Assembly (NCBI GenBank): GCA_001179505.1
Contig: CDMY01000700.1
Location: forward strand, 1-29,058
Reading direction: 5' to 3'
Length of the DNA stretch: 29,058 bases
Source: Vitrella brassicaformis CCMP3155
Lineage: Eukaryota > Protista > Chromerida
Shown here: one piece after another, positions 1 to 11,595 of the stretch
How the letters are laid out: every line of letters begins with the position of its first letter
Numbering within the stretch: position 1 is the first letter of the stretch
The notes under the pieces: model-generated
What the model was told of the DNA's origin: nothing
Seen by the model: the letters and a program-made list of their open reading frames with translations, nothing else
The model's database searches: none
Made by a program: the position numbers and the translations under genes

Positions 1-166
1 GGAGCAGGGCGTGGCGGGCAAGCAGGTGGAATGGGCAGGAGAGGGCGGGTTTTGCTGAGGGGCTGTTGCTAGAGCGGGGGCCTTTCCACCCTCGTTGATT
101 GCAGGGGGTGGGTGGGTGGGCGTGAATGGGTAGGTAGCGAATGTTTTGATCGTTGCTGTCAATAGT

Positions 167-508
167 TTAGATGCGAACATGTAATCGACCGTCCCAGCGC
201 ATGGACACACGGACAATCTTACCCTTAACCACCACCACCACCTTCGCTTTCTTCAAGTTGATTCTGGCGAGCTCTGGGGGCGGAGTCTCTGAGACTGCCA
301 GCTGGACTGTCGCGCCCCCGGGGAAGGGATGCTGGGCTTCCTTGAGGGCCAGCGCACTCCCCGGCTGCAGGGCCAGGAGGGCAGCAGTGGGAGAGACGGC
401 CACAGCCGCCCCAGTGGTGTTGAGGAGGTGTGCTACATCCAGCTGCCGAGAGTCGACGAGGGCGACGCTGCCGCACAGCAGGCCATCCACCACACACAGA
501 CGGGCCAT
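167..508 (-). CDS. Possible small (113 aa) protein with signal-peptide-like N-terminus; could instead be an antisense shadow of a TRP 5' exon
   Basis: ATG at 508 opens MARLCVVDGLLCGSVALVDS... to TAA at 167. N-terminus is hydrophobic, with a second Ala/Leu-rich stretch ending SALA. The codon-aligned + frame 329-503 is also open, so the coding strand is ambiguous. Confidence 0.25.
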   Translation of the reverse strand: MARLCVVDGLLCGSVALVDSRQLDVAHLLNTTGAAVAVSPTAALLALQPGSALALKEAQHPFPGGATVQLAVSETPPPELARINLKKAKVVVVVKGKIVRVSMRWDGRLHVRI

Positions 509-602
509 CCCAAGGTCACCTTGCAATGCTCCTAGTGCATCTCTGCGTGTGTGGTCATCGGCCTCTGCTGTCTGTGTCCCTCCCTCCCTCAAGGCATTGC
601 AG

Positions 603-3600
603 ATGTCAGCGTCGGCCTCGAGTGACCAGGTCCCTCTGCTGCAGGACGATGAGCCAGGGCTGATGGAGCCCCAGCTGCCCGACGTCACCGATGACATCAC
701 CAAGGCACCGAGACGCATCGAGCAGGTCTGTTGCTGTGATGCGGACAGCGGCGTGACCACACACTCTGAGAGGTCTCTTGGGCGTCTGTGTGTGGTCTGC
801 AGGTTCCCCTGGTGGGTGCCCCGGCCGCCGACGATTGGGAGCCGACAGAAGCCCTGACAGACAGCATCAAAGAGGCCATCCTTCGGTCAGATGCGGAGGG
901 TCTGCGGCAGGCCCTCGCCGGTCTGTCGCCTGAGCAAGCCGAGAAAGCGCTGACGACTGGAGAGTGGGACCCTTGGGGATCTGCCATCCATTGTGCCGCA
1001 GGTAGGCATCGTCACATCGCTGCACACACATGATGGAGTCACGTGGCCCCTTTGTGTGCTTCTCAGACTGGTGTAAGGATGTGGCTGTGTTTGAGGTGCT
1101 GCTGGACAACCGACACCACCTGCTCAACCTGAAGGATAGGGTATCGTGCTCGACAATTACACTCATTCTGCCCATTCGCCGACCGGTGTTTTCACTGCAA
1201 TCTTGATGCTGTGTCTGTAGGATGGCCGCACGCCTCTTCATATGGCAGCAGCAGCATACCAGGGGTCAGTCGATGTTGTAAAGAAGTTTATCGAGTGGGG
1301 CGGCAAGGAGCTGCTGGAAGCTCGGACCAAGGTAAAGATGACCGAATGTCGAGTGATGCATTGAACAGCACGTGTCTTGTTCATGCTGTGCCTGTAGGAT
1401 GGCCAGACGCCTCTTCATCATGCAGCAAGTCAGTCACTCGTGCGAACGACAGCCACCCAGGCGCATGAGTCTTCAACACAGTCACACAGGGTTCTTCACT
1501 GTGTCTCTTGACGCTCTCCTGTAGTTTGGTCCAGCGGTTTGTCTGCAGCAGGTCAGTTATTCAACAAAATGACAGCCTCATGGCAATGCGCTTTCCAGGA
1601 GAACGGGCCCGTGCCCATGTGGTGAAGTGGATGTTGACGGCGAATCCACACCTCGTGAAGATCAAAGACAACGTAGGCTGCACCGCACCTGTCGAGCTGC
1701 CTGTCGATGTTCTTCCTCCTCATGACTCTGCCAGGACGGAGCTACGCCTCTGGATTATGCCCTTTTGATGAACCCAAAACTCGTCACACCGATGATTGTC
1801 GCAGCCGGGGACGTCGCCATGTCGGTGAAAGTGGAACGTGTGAATGCTTGGGCTCTTAAAGAGGTGGTGCCCTCCACGAAGGGGTTCCTCAAGGACCACT
1901 CTGAGTTGCCTGGGCTCGACAGCCTTCGCCTCTGTGCCTTCTTCCGCAAACAGATCAAATTGCGACCGATAGACTCCCTCACAGAGTACAATGGAAAGAA
2001 GAAGGAGGAGACAAGAGGCGAATATCTGCACTGTGAATATGTGTGTGTGTCAGTGACTTTGCGAAAATTGCCAACTGGCAGGAAGTAAACAGTGACAAAG
2101 AGACATACGACACACGGCAATTTTCAATCTCGCATTGCTTCAGGCGCACACAGCCATCTTGTGCAGCAATACCAGCGAAGATTCTCTCGCTGGCGAAGAG
2201 AGAGATTGGTTTGCGTTGCTCGAGGCTGCGGAACCCCTCTCTGTCGTCACCCAAGGTGAGTCACACACAGGATTTCCCCCTCCCCTCTGTCGGTCCGCTC
2301 ATGTCTCCTCTCTTCCTTCTGCTGCAACTGATTGCGACAGCCAACTGCACCTCCCTCGTCACAAAGCATTGGAAGCAGGACTACGAAAACTGGAGGATCA
2401 AACTGTCGCCCCGTGATGTCTTCATCAGCCGCGTGCTATCGATGCTGCTGATGTAAAGCCGCAGCAAATCGCACTGACCAATGCACATCGATGGAGGCAG
2501 AGAGGCGTGCGGCATGGCTCGTCTGTGTGTATGTCAGGGTGGCGTTTGTGCTGCTGCACATCGAGTCGATCAAGGGAGACAGCGGCATGATGATGGCACT
2601 GGTGTGGCCGTCGGTGTGGCTGTGGGGGACAGTGCTGACCGGCACCGGATTCATCCTTCTGGAAATCTTCCAAGTAAGGCAGATCAGAGGAGACATGCCT
2701 GACTGATCAACAGTGACACGTGTCGTCTTCTGTGTGTGCAGTTCATCCGTTTGAAGGCAGTGTACTGGGCCGACTCATGGTGCGTGTCGGCAATGCGCAG
2801 CCCACCGTGCTGGCGGCTTCATTTGTGTGCTGTCGGTGCGTGTGGGAATTCATAAATTAAGGAACTATGTAGACTTCGCAAGCGGCGTCTCCATCATCGC
2901 CTTCATTGCCGTCCACTTCGCTGGGTGGTCGTCGGAGGCGGAGGTCGGCTCAGGGGTCGTCATAGTGCTGCTCTTTGCGCTGCGCCTCCTCCAAACCGCC
3001 AGTCTGCACCCAGCCGTGGGACCACTCATACTGTCAGTGAGAGAGACACAGAGCCACACAGAGAGAGGTTTCTGATGGTGTGTGTGATGGGTGTGTGTGT
3101 CAGTGCGGTGGTGAGGATGTTTTCGGACATCAGCATGTTTCTGTGTCTGTACGTCTACATCCTCCTCGTCTTCGCGGTCGTCTTCACCCTCCTCTCGTCC
3201 GACGAAGACCACCAGTACTTCGGCTCCTTCGCCAAAGCCATGCTCACACTGTACTTGATGACACCAACACACACGAAGAGAGAGCGCCAGTCGTCATGTG
3301 CTGTTGGCTGGCTGCATGGCATTAGTTTCTACGGGGGTCTTGGCGACTTCAATGAGGCGCTGAGCAACGCCATCGAGAGCCACGACACGCTGGGGACCGT
3401 CCTGCTGTTCACATACGTCATCCTCTCCTCCATCATACTCGTACGTGAGAGTCAACACCACTCACTTCCCCCGATGGACGAGCCACACACACAATGACTC
3501 CCTTTGTTGTTGTCTCTCTTTCTCTGCCCGTCTGTATCGATAGCTCAACCTGCTCATCGCCATCATGGTAAGACAGGCAGACAAGGAACCCCAGCGTGCT

Positions 3601-4726
3601 CCTGTCTGTCTGTCTTGTCTGTCTTTTCAGGCGTCGACGTATGCAGCGATCGAGCAGACACAGACAGCCCAGTACCAGTGAGACAGATGACATGCAAGGG
3701 AGACAGACAGTTGACAGCGACACATAAGGGCTCCCTCTCTCTTCGCTCATCTCTGCAGGCTACTGCGGATTCGCGTGTTGAATGAGTACCTGAATATGCC
3801 TGTCCACGAGCGGCTCCCGCCGCCATTCAACCTCATCGGTCGGTGCGACCGACAAGAGACATCAGCTGCATCTATCACATGTGAGCATCTGTCTGTGTGT
3901 GTGCAGCTGTGGTCGTGTCGGAGCCCCTGCGGCATCTCGCCAACCTCATCAGCGGCCGGCAGTCGGCACTCTGCCGCATTGCCTTCTGGTCGATGAAGGC
4001 CCTCTACTGCGCCATCGACGCGCTCCTGTGGGCTGTCGCCTTCACTCCAATAGCCATCTACCGTCAGCTGGAGGAGCTTCAACAAGCGATACGGGACGCG
4101 ATACAGCGGCGACAGTATCGGACGAAGGACAATACTGGACAAGAGGTGCAGAAGACGGTCCAGATCTGGGACGCATTCAAAATACTCGATGTCATCCTCG
4201 TGATGCCCTTGTGGCTTCTCTATCGTTACGTCACAGCAAAGGTGAGTCAACAAAACTCAGAGTGGCCTATCCCATCCAGCAATCGAATCTGTGTGTGTTG
4301 CCAAAGGAATTTTTCGAGGACACTGAGGAAGGGAAAGCCATAAAGAGGCGTAGAGCACTTCACGGTTTAGATGGATACAAAGACAGCATCGAGAAGTGGA
4401 TGGAGGCCGCGGACCATCACGACACGACATCTCCGGACATCATGGCAGGCGAGCCACAAACGCACACGGCCACGGCATGGCATAGCAACTCGTGTCTCTT
4501 TCGATTGTTGCAGCGCTCACGCACTTTGAGGCGTACGTCAAAGATGAGATTCACTCTTCTCAATCCGAGATGCTGTCAGGTGATGGCTGAAGATCACCTG
4601 CCGAAGCTGCACCCGTTTTTGCGTTTGCCTTGTGCCTCGGTCTTGAAGAGGGTGGAGGAGCGACAGACCTTGATGGACGAGCGATTGACAAAGATAGAAG
4701 CGAGGAGCACAACGAAGTGCTGTTAA
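603..4726 (+). CDS. Ankyrin-repeat TRP-family cation channel (multi-exon, about 20 exons; both ends uncertain)
   Basis: Spliced translation gives ankyrin repeats (GSAIHCAA, DGRTPLHMAA, DGQTPLHHAA, DGATPLDYAL). TM segments follow: NYVDFASGVSIIAFIAVHF; S4 LLFALRLLQTASLHPAVGPLILSVVRMFSDI; S5 FLCLYVYILLVFAVVFTLL; pore FGSFAKAMLTL|FYGGLGDF; S6 LLFTYVILSSIIL|LNLLIAIM|ASTY; then LPPPFNLI. GT-AG introns with consistent phases were checked for most junctions. Start could be at 329; the C-terminus may extend to about 5065. Confidence 0.88.
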
Positions 4727-5190
4727 TGAGACAACAGCTGCACGGCTCGGTGGATGAAAAGAAAAGAAAGAAAAGAAAGAAAGAAAGGACACGGAGATGA
4801 TAGACTCAAAACACATGTTCGTCACATTCGCTGCGTTGTACAACGCTCTCAAATTGTTGTGAGGTGTCTGGGTGTCACGCGTTTGGTGCCGTGTAAGTCA
4901 ATCAATGTCATGTGCACACACCGACCTGCCACACATCATCCTCTCACGCATCGATCGGCACAGTTCCAGCTCACACAAATCGCGTGCTGTGCAACACATG
5001 CCGACAGACGCTCGTTGCTCATGAAGCCACAACAGAAGCAAATGGACGAGCGGTTGACGGGGATGGTCAGATGGCAGATGTTCTTTACATACGAAAGCAT
5101 CGCGTTTGTGCCGTGTAGGTAAATCAATGTCATGTGCACACATCCATACAATTCAGTTCTCTCACGAATCGATCTACACAGCTCAGTCAG
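4672..5190 (+). repeat. Imperfect local duplications at the 3' end of the TRP gene
   Basis: cgcgtttg(g)tgccgtgta(a/g)gt(c/a)aatcaatgtcatgtgcacaca...tctcacg(c/a)atcgatc occurs at about 4878-4957 and 5101-5175. atggacgagcg(a/g)ttgac (MDERLT) occurs at about 4673 and 5042. Confidence 0.8.
4756..4786 (+). repeat. (GAAA/GAAAA)n purine microsatellite
   Basis: gaaaagaaaagaaagaaaagaaagaaagaaa read directly. Confidence 0.85.
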
Positions 5191-5234
5191 TTGATCACTC
5201 CGGGACCACAAGGACACGGCCGCCAAGCTGGCCG

Positions 5235-6911
5235 TCATGCAAATATCGCCAGGCGGTTGCTGACAGCTGCTTTCGACATTCCTTTCCCTCCCCCCGCCCG
5301 TCTCTCAGCAGCTGACCCCTGTAATGTTTCTCGTCTCTGCCGATGCCTCCGATACCAAGAGCTCGGTCCCAAGTGATACTCACGCCCAATTTCATTCTCC
5401 TGACTCATGTGAGTCTCAACGTAGTCGTATCTGTGTGCCAGGGACTCGACGACTCGCTGGATGCCGTCTAGTGTCTGGCCCTTGCGATCGAGGGCTTTGG
5501 TGAGGTCGAGATGGCACACCAGCAGCCGATAGAGAATCTTGAACACATGGGCCGTCGCATAAAACTCCTGACCTTCCAGGCGATAGCGGCGTGCGAACGA
5601 CAGGTACTCAAAGGCCATCGACAGCTGGTGGTGCGCATAGGCCAGCGGGGATTGTGAGGGGTCAGCAGGCGCGTGCTCGTCGTGGGCAAACAGGCTGGGA
5701 TCTTCGAGCAAGGCCTCTGCACTCATGACGGCATCCGCACTTGTCGCCTCAAAGCACTGATGGATGTCGTGGTGGGTCTCGATGCCCCCATTGGCGATGA
5801 TCGGCAGGGACGTGACTTCCCTGAGTCGCCGGATGGCCTCCCAATCGCACGGCCCGGTGTCGGCCTTGGTGTTGAATCGTGTGCGGCCATGGACACAGAT
5901 GAAGGCCACGCCGGCAGCCTCGAGAGCCCTGACGGTGTCAACTGTCCTCTCCCATGAGGGCAGCAGGCGAATCTTGGCCGACACGGGCTTAGTCAGGTGG
6001 GAACGCAGCCCATCCACTATCCTCACGACCGTCGACAGGTCCTCTAGCACTGCAACCAACAACACACCCAGACAGGCAGACAGACAGACAGACAGACAGC
6101 ACATGACGAGGGACGCTGTCATCTCGTTTCATCTATCTTGCTTACGAAATGCGCCGTATCCGCCGCTCCTGGCGCAGCCCTGCGGACAGCCGAGATTGAT
6201 GTCAGTCACGTCAGCGAAGGGCTCCAGCGCCTTGGCGGCCTCGATGAAGTGTGGCGGGGAGTTGCCGCACAGCTGCACACTCAGAGGTCGGTCGTCCGCG
6301 AACTGCACATCTGATCAACGGGAATGGCGAGAGGCATGCAGTCAGTCGTCGACCAGGGGATGTGCACTGTGCCTTGTGTGTGCCTGCCGCCTCACCTTCC
6401 ATCACTCTGGCCATGATCTTCGGGTGCTCGAGCACAATCCTGCTGTGCACCATCGGCGTGCAGGCCAAATCTGCACACCAATCCACAGCAGAAATAAGAC
6501 ATGCACAGAGAAATGCACTGACAACAATTCGTGTTTGCTGCCGGGCGTACCAGCGCCGTATTTTCTGGTCATCATGCGGAAGGCCGCCTCGCTTTGCGAC
6601 ACCATCGGCGAACAGACATAGCGCGGCGAGCCCAGAGATGTCCACACGTCCCACGAAGAGTCGCCATCCATCGCACAGAGGCTGCCCCCAGACAACCTGA
6701 GGCTCCTGCGCCTCTTGCGATGCAGACAGGCGCTGTTTGTCACAGATCTCGGCTTGTCAGCACACGAGGGAGGAAGGAACAAAACGTCGGCACCAGAACA
6801 GAACAAAAGTGAGCAAGACACACCCCAAATCATCCAAGGCAGCTGTTGGAGGTTCCCTTTCGCTACTTTCGACTTCGCTTCCAAGCTCGCACCGATCGCC
6901 AGCGGTGGCAT
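5235..6911 (-). CDS. DUS1: tRNA-dihydrouridine synthase, DUS1-like (multi-exon; start may be Met at 6671)
   Basis: Dus motifs appear in order across exons: SPRYVCSPMVSQSEAAFRMMTRKYG, TPMVHSR, RPLSVQLCGN, DINLGCPQ (catalytic Cys), GGYGAFL, PVSAKIR, VHGRT, PIIANGG, VMSAEALLEDPSLF. Stop at 5235. Confidence 0.92.
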
Positions 6912-7065
6912 TCTTTTGTAGCGTGTTGTGTTGAACCAGGCCCCATTGAGCCCTGACGGGTTCGTGGAGGCGCATGCTGTTCAACTTCGAGACTTCCTCT
7001 GTTTGTTTTTGTTCGTATCGTGTGTAAAAAGTTTGACGTAACGGGATAGCCCGTGTGCAGAGGGA
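6912..7065. promoter_or_regulatory. Short putative bidirectional promoter between DUS1 (-) and the ApiAP2-like gene (+)
   Basis: About 154 bp between divergent putative start codons; contains gcgcatgc. Depends on predicted start codons. Confidence 0.35.
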
Positions 7066-10000
7066 ATGTCAGTCAGTGACGCAGGCAACGTCACTACAAA
7101 GATAGAGGGTGAGACACGATTGTCTGGCAACGTCACGAAAAGAACGACAAACCCTCCGCCTCTCAACGCGTCTTCTTTCTTTGGGTCAGGTGTCGAGTCA
7201 CACGCGCCTCAGCCGAGCGTGGAGGCTCCCCAGTATCCCCCCAACGAACCGCTGCGCACGAACCCCCCTCTCCAGCCCTTATTTGAGGCTCCCATGTTCA
7301 GACCGCCACCCGACCTGGTTCCCAAAGCTAAGCACAGCTTACCAGACACAACGCAGACGGCCGCTCCGATGCCGGCCAGCCCCTCGGTGGCCGCCAAGCC
7401 TCCCGCCGCGCCAGCAGCTGCAGCGGAGAAGGCTGGCGTGTCCCATGACAAAGGAGACACGGGTGGCGTGCGTGAGGAGGTGGTGGTTTGTGTGCACGGG
7501 TGTCTTGGTCGTTGGTCGGCCAAGTGGGCGTGTGAGGGCGGCTATGCGGGTGAGGCGGAGCACCCCAGGAGCGCCCATAGCCTCATCGCACAGTTCGACG
7601 CCGCATACCAAAAGAACCCCTTCCCGAACGACGAGAAGGGACGCGACACGTGGTACTTACACACATACACACATACAAAATGCACGTATTGCATGCGGAC
7701 ACATCCATGCCTGTGAGTGACAGATAGACACATGGACACCACGACACATGTTCAGTCTCTGTGCTTGTCTCCTGAAGGCCCCTTGTGTGTGACATCGTTG
7801 CCTTCTGTGCTGGTGTGCACACAGGTTCAAGTCTCAGTCGTTTTTCAAGACGATCGGCAAGCGGACACAGCGTGAGTTCCTGGACGACCTGACCCTCACG
7901 CTCGACTGCCGGCGGCTCATCCGATGCGCCGCCGACGTCAGAAACCGACTCGCGGCGACACACACAGCAGACAAAGCAACGGACAGGGTGAGTGGGTGAG
8001 ACAGACTGTCACAGAGATGCGAAGAAACACCGACGTCATCTAGTGAAGCGTCCCTGATTTTCTTGTGTCAGATGGATGAGGATACTGGCGATGATCCCGC
8101 GTCACAGCTGCGATCGGTACATGAACATAGCAAAAGCATATTTACTCCATGCACTGCACTTTGTAGGTTTTCTCTGTGCAGGTTTCGCGTGCCCTTCAGG
8201 AGCGCATCAAAGAGATAGCCGCCGTGAGAGCCAATGCCCATAATGAACACGGATATGCTCTGTCTGGACTGTCCATTGGTTGTTTGTGCAGGTGCGCCTG
8301 TCTATCGATCAGAAGCGACACCTTCGCAGACTCATTCGCAAGGAAAAGGAGGTGCGCACGTCATTCACCGACGGACACCAAAGAGAGCCGTGTGCACTGA
8401 ATGATCTGTCACTCCTTGCTGTGTCAGGAATTGGCGAGCAGACGGGTGCCGACGACGACTGTCACTTCACCCGAAGACGAGCGTCGCAACAGAGACGTAA
8501 GTTAGGCGATGCCATCCTGACGTTCGGTTCGTTTACTATTTATGCATTGTCGCATGCAGCTGGGTATGGAGATCGGGCGCAAGGAGGAGGCACTGCAGGT
8601 CTGTCTGTCCGCCACCTGCATGCACAACTAGCTTCATCCGCCCGCACAAACATCGATGGTTGTTTATCTGTGTGTGTGTGTGTGTCAGGAGCTGACAGTA
8701 ATGATCCGCAACGAGAAGGCGCGCCTGACTGAGCTGGAGAGCTCACAGAAGGACCAAGAAGACAAATACAAGGTCGCTCAGACTGCCACTCACGCACCCA
8801 CCCACCATCCACCGATGGATCTCTCTCGCTGTGGTTGGTCTGTCAGAGTGCGAACAGCAAGTCTCGTCTGTCCAAGCCCACCGCTCCCATGTTCCAGGAG
8901 TGGCTATCGGCCTCTCGCAGATCACCGGTAACCACAACAAGACACCACCTGAGCACCAGACGGACACACTCACAGCTCTGTGTGTTCCCTTTTGGTCAAT
9001 TAGCACCGGCCTCTGCCCGACGGCGGCCCTCCCGCCAAGATGTCCCGTCAGGCGGACAAGTCAGGCGCCTCGCCGCCCAGACCATCCGCCCCCCCTCCGC
9101 CTCCCACGCCACAAAACGGTGCACTCGGTCTCCTCCCCCCTGTCGAGAGGGGGGATGGAGCGACGCACGAGATGAACGACCACCCGCTCCTCCCTGTCAT
9201 GGGCGGCGAGGCCGAGGCCAGGGACATGGACGCCAAGGCGCCGCCGCACCCTTCGCTGACACTTCCTGACGGCCTGTCCGAGTCACGGCACGCCAGCAGC
9301 TCCAACCAGAGTGCAGCCAATGGCGAGCCCGACCCAAGCGTTTTCCCGCCCACTTTGCGTCTGCGTGCGCTGATCCCCGACCGTCAGCCTCTGGGCGTCT
9401 GCCCGTGGCGGCCGACCAAGAGGGACCCGTGGGCCAAGGTCCGCGTGTGCTTCAACAAGATCCAGGGCGAGTACGTCAACATCAAGGACTTCCACACCTC
9501 ACAGTGGCCTATGAAGGAGGCCTATCGCGAGGCCATCAAGATCCGCAACAACATCGCAGCCAGACTGGGCCTCGCGCCCATCCCCATCGACCAGGCTGAC
9601 CACGTCCTCGACACAGAGGACTGGAGCAATTACGAGACCCTCGACACCGCACCCAAACGACGCAAGAGACGGCAGAACAATGAGCCCCCCGGCCCGGCCC
9701 CCGTCCCACACACCCACAGCCGCCGCATGAAGGTGTCGCTCATCGAGCAACTCAGGTCACTCCTGCCGCCCGAGGCACCCCTCGGCCTCTCTGCCGTGCC
9801 CAGCACCACCCACGCTGCACCGCCGACGGCCATCGAAAAGATCATGGTGGGGTTCCGCCAGCAGGAGGGCCAGCTGAGAGAGGAGGTGGTTTGTGCGGAT
9901 TTCCCCTCCCTCAGGGAGGCCGTCGAGTGTGCGGTGGAGAGGCGCAACGCCAAGGCCGCTGAGTGGTCGCTGCACCCGCTGCCCAGAGAACAAGTGGACG

Positions 10001-11563
10001 CCATTCTGCAGCAGGTGGACTGGGCCAAGTGGGAGGGGTTGGGGGGCGGGGCGGATGACCATGTCGAGGATGACATGGACGAGGCTGGCGTGGCGAGCCA
10101 CACCACCGAAAGTCAGGGACGGATGCGGCGGACGGTCAAGGCGGAGCCCGGCGATGTCCCCCACCATCCTCAGCAGCACGGCGAGCAGTCGGACGGGAGT
10201 GAGTGTGAGGATGAGGAGCAGCCGCTGCAGATGCGACTGCACCGTGCCACCCTTGACCTCATGAAGGACTTGCGGCGGCGGGTCACCGACCGAGTCAGGG
10301 CCCTCACGTCAGCCGACAGCGACTCCGTCTACCTGGGCATCTACATGAGCAACAAGAAGGCTGCCTTCTTCGCATCCGTCAAGGAGGAGGCGGTGCCCTG
10401 CGCACAGCAGAAGAGGGGATCGCTGAGACGCGTCGCTAAGCTAGGTGAACAAACACCACACCAAACCACACCACACCACAACCACATGCACATGCGCTAT
10501 GGTGGGCCATTTGACTCTATCCTCCTCTCTTTGTGTGCGATGATGTCACTGTCTGTCAGGGTTGCGTGGTGCCTTTGCCATGGCGGCGTCGGATCGCGAC
10601 CGGCTGGCCGATGCCGTGGGGATTCCCCGCCTGCCCGACCCGGCCACGTACGCGGACATCATGGAGGAATTCGACTCAGGCGAACGCGCAAGTGACAACC
10701 AACCGGACCAACCGCATGTGAGAGGTTGAGAGATGGCATGCATGACGACACGCCTGCACCCTTCTCTCCTTTTATCTCTCTGTGTTGCCTTCAGGCTCCC
10801 GTCCGTGGTCGGGGCCGTGGTCGTAGTCGGGTTGGCCGTCCCCCCAAGATACGACGCGTTCAGCCGCTCGGCTTCGACTTCGATGGAGTGATCAAGCAGG
10901 AGGACGGGGAGGGGGTCGTCAGGCGGGGCAGGGCGAGGGGCCGCGTGGGCCGGGCGACCACAAGGAGCAGAGGTGGCCGGGGCGGCGGTGTGTCGACACG
11001 AGGGAGGACCATTCGGTATCGCGACAGTGAGTCAGATGAGGACGAGGAGGAAAGCGAGGATGACGCGGACTCGCTCTATCGCGTACCAGCGAGGCGGCGA
11101 AACGACGGCCGCACGGCGGCTGAGATGAAGGCTGAGATGGCCAAGCGCCTGCTGGCAGGTGATGCGGAAGACATTGACATGGACCAATACACAGGTGGGT
11201 CGGTTGGATTGGGTGGGTGGGCACCACAGGACAGATAGAGACGGAGGGGATGATCTGTTGTGTGTCAGGCGGGGGACGCAAGCGTCGGCGGAAGGTGAAG
11301 CGTGACGAGTCGCCGATGGACATCGACTTCAGTGCATCAGGTGAGCAGTCACCCACATCCATGCGCGTATGTGAGCTGTGGGTGCATCCTTTCTCTTTCA
11401 GTTGAGATGAAAGGCAGCGTGTCCCCCTCCTGCAACGACGAGCGTATCCGTGCGGCCCGCATGGCGGCTGCGATGCCCCTCCCCACCACCTCCCTCTCCC
11501 TCGTCTCGCCCTCACCCTCATCCAGGGACTACCAGGCCTTCCTGAGCTTCATGCGACAGAGGG

Positions 11564-11595
<32 letters not shown>

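Noticed and set aside
104-120. GGGGGTGGGTGGGTGGG G-quadruplex-capable motif (similar C-rich tract at about 28752-28771)
   Set aside because: (GGGT)n/(CCCA)n tracts are common simple repeats in introns and spacers throughout this window; there is no evidence of a specific function.
1986-2053. Apparent non-canonical GC-AG intron donor at about 2018 in the TRP gene
   Set aside because: A canonical GT donor at 1986 gives a 68-nt intron with the correct phase (LTD|DFAKIANW), so no GC donor is needed.
5764-6621. Long antisense ORFs (for example 5764-6621 +, 9630-10106 -, 12978-13814 +, 27665-28450 +)
   Set aside because: They are shadows of real coding exons in GC-rich DNA, with no recognisable motifs, and they run through intron-like (TG)n/(CA)n tracts.
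7580-7850. Homeodomain-like look of AQFDAAYQKNPFPNDEK...|WFK
   Set aside because: Too few residues between the NPxP motif and WF for helices 2-3, and no WFxNRR.
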